A DNA stretch of 43,743 nt from Spirochaetales bacterium (GTDB taxonomy: Bacteria; Spirochaetota; Spirochaetia; Treponematales; UBA12059), in contig JAFGJV010000039.1 in assembly GCA_016928955.1 (NCBI GenBank), forward strand, positions 1 through 43,743. Direction: 5' to 3'. Shown in pieces: positions 35,489 through 43,743 of the stretch (position 1 is its first letter; each line of letters starts with the position of its first letter). Below the pieces are notes generated by a model that worked only from the letters and a program-made list of their open reading frames with translations, was not told the DNA's origin and made no database searches. The position numbers were made by a program, and so were the translations under genes.

Positions 35489-36739
35489 ATGAAAACCAGA
35501 TTCCCGTTCCCGGCCATGACGGCGGCCCTGGCCGTTGCCCTGTCGCTCGGCATCCTGTCCTGCGCGCGGCCAGCACCCGAGCCCGCCGCCGTTCCGGCCG
35601 AGCCGGCGGTACAGGCGCCCCTTCCGGGCGACCTTGTAGGCACTGAACTGGTTGCCGTGTACGGGCCGGACGAACTGGCCCAGAGCATACCCAAGTTCTT
35701 TGAGCACTTCCCCGCCCCGGCGCCCGTCCATTCCGTCCGCCACCTGGTTGTCCGTTTCCACAGCGTCGATTTTGACGGCCAGCCCGTGGTCATCAGGGCC
35801 CAGCTCTTTGTGCCGGAAACCGGGGGCTCCTACCCACTCTACGTGTTCGCCTCAGGCACAACGGGCATAGGCGACGCCTGCGCCCCGTCGCTGGAGGTAC
35901 CCGAGGAACGGCGCTGGGGCTGGTACACGCAGAACATGCTGGCCTACGCCACCCTGGGCCACGTGGTCATGTTCCCGGACTACACCGGTTTTAACGACCC
36001 CGACCGGCCCCAGCGCTACTTCTCCAAGCTGGCCGAGGGCCGCATGATGCTGGACGCCATCCGGGCCGCCAACGCCGTCATGGAATTGGCCGTGTCGGAG
36101 GCGGGCCTTTCCGGAAACGTGTTCACGGCCGGCTATTCCCAGGGCGGACACGCCGCCATGGCCGCCGCCGACCTGCTCCCTGACTATGCCCCCGAACTGA
36201 GGATTCACGGCGTCATCACCTATGGCTCGACCAATGACGTAGAGGCCCTGGTCCGGGAAGGCCCCGCCTACGCTCCCCTGATCTTCTACTCGTACCTGTC
36301 CATGTACGGCACGGACGACATACAGCCCGAACGCTATCTCCAGGACCGCTGGCTTCCCACCTTTGAGGCCGACGCGTCGACCATGGCCGTGGACGTGTTC
36401 CAGGCACATTACGGCTTTGACTACAAAACCCTGTACCGGCCGGAATTCGCCGCAAGCCTGTTCGCGGGCACCCTGGCAATGGACTACCCCACCCTGGCCG
36501 CCCGGCTTTCGGAAAACCACACGGGCCTGTCAGGCCACGGGGTGCCCGCCCTGGTGCTCCAGGGCCAGACCGATTTTATCGTTACGCCAAAAAGCCAGAC
36601 CGTCTTTGTGGACGCCCTGCGCGCGGCAGGCAGCGAAGTGGAGTACATCGTGTATCCGGGCGTGAGCCACCGCTACACGCGCATGGCCGGCTTTGAGGAT
36701 TCCGTGCGCTGGATGGCCGCGCTGTCGGGGAACGACTAG
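35489..36739 (+). CDS. Secretory lipase (LIP)-family alpha/beta hydrolase 2, lipoprotein
   Basis: Lipobox LGILSC; GTTGIGDACAPS, PDYTGF, GYSQGG, QGQTD and SH; paralogue of the upstream gene. Confidence 0.88.
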   Translation: MKTRFPFPAMTAALAVALSLGILSCARPAPEPAAVPAEPAVQAPLPGDLVGTELVAVYGPDELAQSIPKFFEHFPAPAPVHSVRHLVVRFHSVDFDGQPVVIRAQLFVPETGGSYPLYVFASGTTGIGDACAPSLEVPEERRWGWYTQNMLAYATLGHVVMFPDYTGFNDPDRPQRYFSKLAEGRMMLDAIRAANAVMELAVSEAGLSGNVFTAGYSQGGHAAMAAADLLPDYAPELRIHGVITYGSTNDVEALVREGPAYAPLIFYSYLSMYGTDDIQPERYLQDRWLPTFEADASTMAVDVFQAHYGFDYKTLYRPEFAASLFAGTLAMDYPTLAARLSENHTGLSGHGVPALVLQGQTDFIVTPKSQTVFVDALRAAGSEVEYIVYPGVSHRYTRMAGFEDSVRWMAALSGND

Positions 36740-36744
36740 TCGCC

Positions 36745-37860
36745 ATGGCCGGAAATATCCGGCTGCCACAGCCCAGGGCGCTGGCCCTTGTCGCCGCGTG
36801 GCGCTCGTTTTTTTGCGACGCTTCCGGGTCGGCGGCCTTGCCCTCGGCCCGCGAGCTGGACGCCCTGGCACGCGATGTGCTCGCGCTCCAGCGGGGCCTC
36901 ACCGGGGAGCGGAAGCTGGCCGGTTCGGGGTACATGGACAGCCCCGGCCTCCTGGGCGCCTACCTTCTGTACTATTGGCCCGTGTCGTGGGCCCAGGCCT
37001 CGCGCGCCATACGGCGCTCGGGCATGGCCGGCGCTCTCAAGGGCGCTCGCGTTCTGGACCTCGGCTCCGGGCCCGGCCCCGTGGCCGCCGCCGCCCTGGA
37101 CGCGGGGGCGGGATCTGCCTTCCTGGTCGACCGCTCCGAGCCGGCACTGAACCTTGCCGCGTCCCTCCTGGGCCCGGCCTTGGCGGGAAAAGCTGTCATG
37201 GACCTTGCCGACAAACTGGATGGCTTGCCCGGTCCCTTTGACCTGGTCACCATAGGCCATGCACTGAACGAGCTGTCCGGCGATCAGGCCCTGGACAGGC
37301 GTCTGGCAGTATTCCAGAACCTGATGCCCGTGCTGGCGCCGGGCGGCCGCGTGCTGGCCATGGAACCGGCCACCCTTGCCGCAAGCCGCGGTCTTATGGA
37401 ACTCAGGGACGCCCTCCTCTCGCGGGGCTGGTCGGTCCTGGCGCCCTGCGTCACCCAAGAGCCCTGCCCCGCCCGTGCCGCCGGGCCCCAGCACAGCTGC
37501 CATGACGAGGCCCCATGGACCATGCCCACAACGGTAGCCGAACTGGCGCGCCGGGCCGGTCTGGACCGGGACCTCATAAAACACAGCTGGATGGTGTTCC
37601 AGGCCCCCGGCCATGCGCTGCCGCCATCCTTTGCCTACAGGGTGGTGTCAGAGCAACTGGTCAACAAGGCGGGCAGGGCGCGGCGACTGCTGTGCGGGCA
37701 GGGCGGGCGCTTTCCCCTGTCGGCCAAGCTCGGCGACAGCGCGGCCGCAAAAACCGGCTTTTTCAGCCTGGAACGCTACGATCTTATACGCGTGGATGGC
37801 CCCGAAGCGCGGGAAGGCGGCTGGGGCGTGTCCGCCGACACGAGTATCACCCGGCTCTGA
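36745..37860 (+). CDS. Rsm22/METTL17-family SAM-dependent methyltransferase-like protein
   Basis: AYLLYYWP, VLDLGSGPG, EPATLAASR, APCVTQEPCP, HSCH and LLC. Confidence 0.82.
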   Translation: MAGNIRLPQPRALALVAAWRSFFCDASGSAALPSARELDALARDVLALQRGLTGERKLAGSGYMDSPGLLGAYLLYYWPVSWAQASRAIRRSGMAGALKGARVLDLGSGPGPVAAAALDAGAGSAFLVDRSEPALNLAASLLGPALAGKAVMDLADKLDGLPGPFDLVTIGHALNELSGDQALDRRLAVFQNLMPVLAPGGRVLAMEPATLAASRGLMELRDALLSRGWSVLAPCVTQEPCPARAAGPQHSCHDEAPWTMPTTVAELARRAGLDRDLIKHSWMVFQAPGHALPPSFAYRVVSEQLVNKAGRARRLLCGQGGRFPLSAKLGDSAAAKTGFFSLERYDLIRVDGPEAREGGWGVSADTSITRL

Positions 37861-37947
37861 GGACCCGCCGTAAAAATCGGATAGGAACAGTCGGGTTTTG
37901 CACCCTGTCGCATGGCACGGGCACGCCGCGGACACTACACTGTGAGT

Positions 37948-39699
37948 GTGAAAGCAGCCATACGCCGCTGGGTAACGGCCATGTTCGTCGCCCTGAGCGC
38001 GTTCCCGGGAGCCCACGGATCGGACGCTCCGCCTGTCGTCATCCTCCTCGTGTCCTATCACCGCGCCGACTGGAGCAACTCGGTCATAGCCGGCGTGGAA
38101 TCCGTGCTCGGTCCCGGGGACGAGATCAGCGTGCGGCCCCACGACGGCGGCGTCCTGACCTATGCCCTGCGCACCGAGTACATGGACACCAAGTGGCTGG
38201 AAGACGACGAGTATTTCGGTTCCCTGGAAAACATCTACCGGAGAAAATACGCGGACCGGCAAGTGGTCGCCGTGCTGGCCGTTGACGACCACGCATACCG
38301 CTTTGCACTTACCCGCGACGCTTTTGGCCGGGCGCCCGTGTTTTTCTGCGGGGTAAACGACGTTCGGCCGGAACTGCACGGCGACCGGGCCGCGGGAGTC
38401 ACAGAAAGCGCCGACTGGGAACCCACCCTGTCGCTGGCCCTGCGCATGTTCCCGGATACCCGGCGCATCGTGCTCCTGGAGGACGACACGGCCACGGGCA
38501 TGTCCAATACCGCCGAATTTCTGGCAAACGTGGCGGAAAGCGCCCCGAGCGTGGAGATCGTGCGCAGCCTCGGGCTGTCCAAAACCCAGACGGCAGCCTT
38601 GCTCGCGTCGCCCGACCCACACACGGTTGCCATCTTCAACGCCCTGTGGCGCGACGGCTCGGGCAATGCCATTTCCGTCCAGGAACAGGCGACACTGCTC
38701 AGGGAATCCAGGATACCCGTATTCGGCCGCGCCCAGTGGATGATGGGGCATGGCCTTCTCGGCGGGCTCTGCGTCATCGGCGAGGAGCAGGGCGCGGGAG
38801 CCGCGGAGCTGTTGCTGTCGTACCTCCGGACAGCCGTCCTGCCGTCCAGCGTGCGTGAAAGCCCCAACCGTTTCATGTTCGACGACCAGGTGCTCCGCCG
38901 CTTCCGCGTATCGTCGTTTCCGCTGCCTGAAGGGTCCATCGTCCTCAACCGGCCGGAACCCTTCCTCAAGCGCTACGGCCGCGTGCTCGTGCCGTCCGTG
39001 CTCGTATCAAGCGCCCTCGGCGCCGTGCTCGTCGCTATGGTGCTGACACAGCGCAGGCTGAGAACCGCCGAGCTCACCCTGCGCGACAGCCTTGCGGAGA
39101 AGGAAACCCTCCTCAGGGAAATCCACCACAGGGTCAAGAACAATCTCCAGGTCATGAAGAGCCTGTTCAGCCTGCAGCGGCACGAGTCCGGCCAGAGCGT
39201 GGACCAGATTTTTGAGGCGGCCACGTCACGCCTCCACGCCATGGCCCTGGTGCACGAGCGCCTGTACAGAGACGGCCGCTTTGGCTCCATAGACCTCAGG
39301 GAGTACGCTGAGGACATAGTCGACGAGATAGCCAGGATATACGGCGCGGGCCCTGGAGACACGGACATCCACGGGCCATCCCTGTTCATCGACATAGACC
39401 ACGCCGTGCCGGTGGGCCTGTTCCTGAACGAGGCCCTGACCAACGCCTTCAAGTACGGGCAAACGGACAAGGGAGGGCCGGCACGCGTCAGCCTGTCCAT
39501 AGTCTCCTCGGGCCCTAGCGTGGAGATCGGCGTCAAGGACCATGGGCCCGGCTTTGAGCTCGGCGGCCCGGCCCGTGAAGGCCTGGGCCTGACCCTGATG
39601 AACGCCATGGCCGACCAGCTGGGCGGGAGCCTGCGGTATGGCCGCGACGACGGTTTTTCGGTATGCCTGTCCTTCCCCCTCAGCCGGACCACGGCGTAG
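37948..39699 (+). CDS. Membrane sensor histidine kinase (periplasmic ABC-substrate-binding-like sensor, HisKA_2 + HATPase)
   Basis: SYH...[42 protein letters not shown] and GLGL. Start uncertain (GTG 37948 preferred over ATG 37912). Confidence 0.9.
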   Translation: MKAAIRRWVTAMFVALSAFPGAHGSDAPPVVILLVSYHRADWSNSVIAGVESVLGPGDEISVRPHDGGVLTYALRTEYMDTKWLEDDEYFGSLENIYRRKYADRQVVAVLAVDDHAYRFALTRDAFGRAPVFFCGVNDVRPELHGDRAAGVTESADWEPTLSLALRMFPDTRRIVLLEDDTATGMSNTAEFLANVAESAPSVEIVRSLGLSKTQTAALLASPDPHTVAIFNALWRDGSGNAISVQEQATLLRESRIPVFGRAQWMMGHGLLGGLCVIGEEQGAGAAELLLSYLRTAVLPSSVRESPNRFMFDDQVLRRFRVSSFPLPEGSIVLNRPEPFLKRYGRVLVPSVLVSSALGAVLVAMVLTQRRLRTAELTLRDSLAEKETLLREIHHRVKNNLQVMKSLFSLQRHESGQSVDQIFEAATSRLHAMALVHERLYRDGRFGSIDLREYAEDIVDEIARIYGAGPGDTDIHGPSLFIDIDHAVPVGLFLNEALTNAFKYGQTDKGGPARVSLSIVSSGPSVEIGVKDHGPGFELGGPAREGLGLTLMNAMADQLGGSLRYGRDDGFSVCLSFPLSRTTA

Positions 39700-39711
39700 G
39701 CTCCCGTCCCC

Positions 39712-39740
39712 TTGCCTCGCCCCTCGAGCCCGGATAGATT
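39712..39740 (+). promoter_or_regulatory. Sigma70 promoter, probably leaderless, for mobB
   Basis: TTGCCT-17nt-TAGATT, 6 nt, ATG 39747. Confidence 0.55.
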
Positions 39741-39746
39741 GTTCCA

Positions 39747-40268
39747 ATGATCAGGGCCATGGCCAGTTTCATCGGTTGGTCGAATACGGGAAAAACCACG
39801 TTTATAGAGGCATGCGCGCGGGAGGCTAGCGCCATGGGCCTCCGGCCGGCTGCCCTCAAGCAGGTCCGGCATCCGGGCGCCTACAATCCGGACGGCAAGG
39901 ATTCTACGCGGTTTTTCAGCGCTGGCGCGGATTCAGCCCTGCTGTCGGCCAACGAGCTGGTCCTGACCAGGAAGCCTCCAGCAGCGCTGGACGCGTCCTT
40001 CCTGGCCTCCCTGTTTCCGGACGCAGACCTTGTGTTCCTGGAGGGTGCCGAGCCGGATGGATCGACGCTCGTGCTTGTGGCCGGCCCCGCGTGCCTTGAA
40101 TCCGAATGCAAGCGGCCGTTCCCGGGCTTTGACGCGATCGTGAGCGACGATGCCGCCCTTGGCGAGGAGGCCAGGCGCGCCGGGCTCAGGGTATACGGCA
40201 GCGGCGGCGCCGCCAGGTTCCTGGACGACATGCTGTCCGGAGTTTTTCAGAGGGAGGTAAGAGCGTGA
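39747..40268 (+). CDS. mobB: Molybdopterin-guanine dinucleotide biosynthesis protein B
   Basis: GWSNTGKTT P-loop, DGKDSTRFFSAGA and DLVFLEG. Confidence 0.85.
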   Translation: MIRAMASFIGWSNTGKTTFIEACAREASAMGLRPAALKQVRHPGAYNPDGKDSTRFFSAGADSALLSANELVLTRKPPAALDASFLASLFPDADLVFLEGAEPDGSTLVLVAGPACLESECKRPFPGFDAIVSDDAALGEEARRAGLRVYGSGGAARFLDDMLSGVFQREVRA

Positions 40269-40432
40269 GGGACGTGCGCGTGACAAGCGGCGGAAACGTC
40301 GTGCCCATGATACCGTTTGTGAAGGAAATCATTGAGGGCGTCCTGTTGGGGATACTGAGGACGCTGAAAAAATGCGACCCGGACGCGGAGCTAGTCGTGA
40401 CCATAGGCCCTGCCGGGGACAAGGCCGACTAA
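40265..40432 (+). CDS. 55-aa MobB-associated small protein (not in ORF track)
   Basis: GGGAGG SD; GTG overlaps the mobB TGA (GTGA). Sequence MRDVRVTSGGNVVPMIPFVKEIIEGVLLGILRTLKKCDPDAELVVTIGPAGDKAD, stop TAA at 40430-40432. Confidence 0.8.
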   Translation: MRDVRVTSGGNVVPMIPFVKEIIEGVLLGILRTLKKCDPDAELVVTIGPAGDKAD

Positions 40433-40486
40433 CAGCCAGCTAAGGGGGCGGGCCGACCAGCGATATAGCCGACGGCCCGAACGAAC

Positions 40487-40696
40487 TCATTTTTCTTTCG
40501 TGCCGCGCGTGTCTATGCCAAAGGGCAGGTACAGCGGGCAGGTGCCCACCACGGACGTGGCAAGGAACACCAGGGCCACCACGCCGAACACGACGGCCAG
40601 GGCGCCGTCCACCACGCCCAGCGCAACCAGCAGAGCCAGCGCGGCCGCCGCAAGCAACCGGATGATTTTATCCACAAGGCCCATATTCTTCTTCAT
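40487..40696 (-). CDS. DUF2892 (YgaP-like) small membrane protein
   Basis: MKKNMGLVDKIIR...GTCPLYLPFGIDT; GGAGG SD. Confidence 0.92.
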   Translation of the reverse strand: MKKNMGLVDKIIRLLAAAALALLVALGVVDGALAVVFGVVALVFLATSVVGTCPLYLPFGIDTRGTKEK

Positions 40697-40717
40697 GGTC
40701 GGGTCCTCCGTGTAGCC

Positions 40718-40746
40718 AATATACAGCCGCCCGCTCCCGCCGGCAA
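40718..40746 (-). promoter_or_regulatory. Sigma70 promoter for DUF2892
   Basis: TTGCCG-17nt-TATATT. Confidence 0.6.
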
Positions 40747-40780
40747 ATATCCGGCGCCCGTTTACCGCTCTCCCCCGAAT

Positions 40781-40808
40781 AAAAAAAGGCGCCCCTGGCG
40801 GGGCGCCT
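40781..40808 (-). terminator. Rho-independent terminator of the hydrogenase operon
   Basis: 9-bp GC stem AGGCGCCCC/GGGGCGCCT with a 4-nt loop and a T-run on the minus strand, just after the hydA stop. Confidence 0.9.
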
Positions 40809-40824
40809 CTCAGCACATGTTTTG

Positions 40825-42594
40825 TCAGACCTTGTACACCGAGCGCTTCTCGTAGTGCGTATGCAGGAGCTCGTGGGCCTTGTGGCTGTTCGGCTCGCCC
40901 AGGAAGTCAGCGTACACCTGGGTGATGTACGGGTTCTGGTGGGAACAGCGGTAGGTGCTCTTCTCGTCATCCGAGTAGATGCCGGCTATGCGCTTCTGGC
41001 GCATCTCGTCGGTGGCGCCGTAGGGCTGGCCGCCGCCGCCTATGCATCCGCCTCGGCAGGCCATCACCTCGATGAAGTGCCAGGGGGCGTCCTCTCCCTT
41101 GTCGCGGGCCGTGCGCACCATGTCCAGCACCTGGGCTATGTTGCCCATCTGGTGGGCCACCGCCACGCGCACCTCTATGCCCTTGACGTGGATGCGGGCT
41201 TCCTTGATGCCGGATATGCCGCGCACGCCGGTAAAGTTCACGTCCTTGAGGTCTTCCTTGGTTATCAGGTTGTAGGCCGTGCGCAACGCGGCCTCCATGA
41301 CGCCGCCCGTTGCGCCAAAGATGGTGCCGGCCCCGGTGTACGGTCCCAGGGGGCTGTCCGCTTCCTCGTCGGGCAGGTTCACCAGGTCGATGCCTGCCTG
41401 CTTGATCATGCGGGCCAGCTCGCGGGTTGTCAGGGTCGTGTCCACGTCCTTGTAGCCAGAGCTCCACATGTCCTTGTTGCGGCCGTTTTCCCATTTCTTG
41501 GCTGTGCACGGCATGATGGACACGGAGAAAATCTTTTTGGGGTCAACCTTGGCCTTCTCGGCCCAATAGGTCTTGATCATGGCGCCCATCATCTGCTGGG
41601 GGCTCTTGGCCGTGGAGAAGTTGGGGATCATGTCGTGGTAGTACTTCTCCATATAGTCAACCCAGGACGGGCAGCACGACGTGATCAGGGGCAGGAGTTC
41701 CTTCTTCTTGCCCGACGCGTAGTCGGTGAAGCGTTTCACGAACTCGGTGCCCTCTTCCATGATGGTCAGGTCGGCAGAGAAGTTCGTGTCGAACACCACA
41801 TCAAAGCCCAGCCGCCTCAAAGCCGCGTAGATTTTCTTGGTGATGACGGTGCCCGGTTCCAGCCCGAATTCCTCGCCCAAGGCCACGCGTACCGCGGGGG
41901 CTATCTGCACCACGCAGGTCATGTCGTCGGCTCCGGTCTTCATGAGGGCGTCCCAGACTTCCTTGGTCTGGTCGTTCTCGTAGATGGCGCCCACCGGACA
42001 GTGGGCGGCGCACTGGCCGCACTTGATGCACGGGCCGTCAGCAAGGGCCACGTCTGCGGCAGGGGCTATGCGGGTGTTCTCTCCCCGTCCGAGGAACTCG
42101 ATGGCCCACACGTTCTGCATCTCCTGGCACACCAGAACGCAGCGGCCGCAGCGCACGCATTTGTCCGGATTGAGCACCAGCGTGCCCGTGGACGTGTCCA
42201 GGGGCAGGTCGCGCAGGCGCTTCTCAAACGGCTGCTCGCGGATGCCGAACTCGGCGGCCAGGGTCTGCAGCTCGCACGAGCCGTTGCGCGGACACTGAAG
42301 GCAGTCGTCCGGATGGGTGGACAGGATGAGCTCTATAACGGTCTTGCGGACCTGCACGATTTCCGGATCGTGCGTGATGACGCTCATGCCCTCTTCAAGC
42401 GGGGTGCAGCACGCGCGGAGCATCTTGGGATTTTTCTCCACCTTGACCACGCATATTCCGCACGCTGCCCAGGGCGGCAGGTCGTCGTTGTAGCAGAGCT
42501 TGGGAATCTTGATATTAACCTTCTCGGCCGCCTCAAGGATGGTGGTTCCCTCGGCGACCTGAACCGGCACTCCGTTTATCTTGGCGTTGACCAT
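40825..42594 (-). CDS. hydA: [FeFe]-hydrogenase catalytic subunit (group A, HydA/HndD-type)
   Basis: N-terminal 2Fe-2S, HxxxCxxCxxxxxC and 2x4Fe-4S; H-cluster motifs TSCCPSW, MPCTAKKWE and EVMACRGGCIGGGGQP; fused small subunit SHQNP..LHTHY. Confidence 0.97.
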   Translation of the reverse strand: MVNAKINGVPVQVAEGTTILEAAEKVNIKIPKLCYNDDLPPWAACGICVVKVEKNPKMLRACCTPLEEGMSVITHDPEIVQVRKTVIELILSTHPDDCLQCPRNGSCELQTLAAEFGIREQPFEKRLRDLPLDTSTGTLVLNPDKCVRCGRCVLVCQEMQNVWAIEFLGRGENTRIAPAADVALADGPCIKCGQCAAHCPVGAIYENDQTKEVWDALMKTGADDMTCVVQIAPAVRVALGEEFGLEPGTVITKKIYAALRRLGFDVVFDTNFSADLTIMEEGTEFVKRFTDYASGKKKELLPLITSCCPSWVDYMEKYYHDMIPNFSTAKSPQQMMGAMIKTYWAEKAKVDPKKIFSVSIMPCTAKKWENGRNKDMWSSGYKDVDTTLTTRELARMIKQAGIDLVNLPDEEADSPLGPYTGAGTIFGATGGVMEAALRTAYNLITKEDLKDVNFTGVRGISGIKEARIHVKGIEVRVAVAHQMGNIAQVLDMVRTARDKGEDAPWHFIEVMACRGGCIGGGGQPYGATDEMRQKRIAGIYSDDEKSTYRCSHQNPYITQVYADFLGEPNSHKAHELLHTHYEKRSVYKV

Positions 42595-42612
42595 GGGTCC
42601 TGCTCCTTCTTG

Positions 42613-43743
42613 TTAGTTCTTGAGGACGGCGCCGAACTTGCATACCTTGAAGCACTCGCCGCACTTGATGCAAGCCTCGGCGTTGATGGTGTACTTCTGG
42701 GTCTTGTCCCCCGTTATGCAGTTGACCGGGCACTTGCGAGCGCACAGGCCGCAGCCTATGCACTTGTCCTTGTCGATGGAGAACACGACCAGGTCCTTGC
42801 ACTTGCCGGCTCGGCATTTCTTGTCGACGATATGCTCAAGGTACTCGTCGCGGAAACGCCTGATGGTGGACAGCGTGGGATTCGGCGCCGTCTGGCCCAA
42901 GCCGCAGAGGGCGGCGCGCTTCATGGCGTGGCCGATCTTCTCCAGCTTGTCCAGGTCTTCCATGGTGCCCGTGCCCTTGGTGATGCGTTCCAGGATGGAA
43001 TGCATCTGGTTGGTGCCTATGCGGCAGGGCGCGCACTTTCCGCAGGATTCGTCCACGCAGAATTCCATGTAGAATTTGGACACGTCCACCACGCAGTCGT
43101 CCTCGTCCATGACGATGAGTCCGCCGGAACCCATCATGGATCCCAGGCCCGTAAGGCTCTCGTAGTCGATGGGCAGGTCCAGGAATTCCTCGGTGATGAT
43201 GCCGCCGGAGGGGCCGCCGGTCTGGGCGCCCTTGAACTTCTTGCCGCCCCGGATGCCGCCGCCGATGTCGTAGATGATCTCGCGCAGGGTGGTGCCCATG
43301 GGCACTTCGACCAGGCCGGAATTGTTCACCTTGCCCGTCAGCGCGAACACCTTGGTGCCCTTGCTGGTCTCGGTGCCGATCTTGGCGAACCAGTCTCCGC
43401 CCTTGGTGATGATCACCGGGATATTGGCCCAGGTTTCCACGTTGTTGATCACCGTGGGCTTGCCCCACAGGCCCTTGATGGCGGGGAAGGGCGGGCGCGG
43501 AATGGGCATGCCCCGGCTGCCTTCTATGGATTTGAGCAGGGCCGTTTCCTCGCCGCACACAAAGGCGCCGGCGCCCAGCCTGATCTCAAGGTCAAAGGAG
43601 AAGCCCGTGCCCAGGATGTTGTCGCCCAAGAGGCCGTAGTCCTTGGCCTGCGCGATGGCAATCTTCAGGCGCTCGATGGCCAGGGGATACTCGGCGCGGA
43701 TGTACACAAAGCCCTTGCTGGCTCCTATGGTGTAGCCGCATAT
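42613..43743 (-). CDS. hydB: NADH-binding NuoF-like hydrogenase subunit (HydB/HndC), 5'-truncated by the window edge
   Basis: [43 protein letters not shown] and LCGLG; C-terminal 2x4Fe-4S. Frame is open to the window end. Confidence 0.95.
   Translation of the reverse strand: MCGYTIGASKGFVYIRAEYPLAIERLKIAIAQAKDYGLLGDNILGTGFSFDLEIRLGAGAFVCGEETALLKSIEGSRGMPIPRPPFPAIKGLWGKPTVINNVETWANIPVIITKGGDWFAKIGTETSKGTKVFALTGKVNNSGLVEVPMGTTLREIIYDIGGGIRGGKKFKGAQTGGPSGGIITEEFLDLPIDYESLTGLGSMMGSGGLIVMDEDDCVVDVSKFYMEFCVDESCGKCAPCRIGTNQMHSILERITKGTGTMEDLDKLEKIGHAMKRAALCGLGQTAPNPTLSTIRRFRDEYLEHIVDKKCRAGKCKDLVVFSIDKDKCIGCGLCARKCPVNCITGDKTQKYTINAEACIKCGECFKVCKFGAVLKN

Noticed and set aside
40449..40479. CGGGCCG...CGGCCCG inverted repeat between convergent genes
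   Set aside because: Long loop and no U-tract on either strand; too weak to call a terminator.
1..43743. tRNA, rRNA, riboswitch, IS or prophage elements
   Set aside because: Intergenic gaps are short, and I recognised no such RNA motifs or transposase, integrase or phage proteins. A covariance-model scan was not possible.

Overview
A 43.7 kb GC-rich stretch of core bacterial chromosome, densely coding, with about 38 CDS. I saw no rRNA, tRNA, CRISPR array, IS or phage. Gene content suggests a free-living anaerobic spirochaete (inference). From left to right: an orphan REC-PAS response regulator; a DUF6320-like/alcohol-acetyltransferase-like/DUF554 trio; a small Cys-rich protein; a CCA-enzyme-like HD protein lacking an obvious polymerase active site; an M20 amidohydrolase whose RBS and start are duplicated in a 25-bp tandem; a GH13-like protein with Thr at the nucleophile position; a secreted repeat protein; an XPB helicase + partner + NYN/LOTUS nuclease unit; an EEP nuclease lipoprotein, purC and clpP; tlpA-ccdA; a LamG/FN3 - giant TPR/acidic - HDOD - MBL hydrolase operon divergent from uvrC; a YkgJ-family protein; an orphan algF-algI-algJ module divergent from two secreted lipase paralogues and an Rsm22/METTL17-like gene; a HisKA_2 kinase; mobB plus an uncalled 55-aa ORF; DUF2892; and the 3' end of an electron-bifurcating [FeFe]-hydrogenase operon. 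The most notable cross-cutting signal is that at least six operon-leading genes have a sigma70 -10 box 6-7 nt before the start codon and no SD, suggesting leaderless mRNAs. All family calls come from motif recognition by eye, not database searches.
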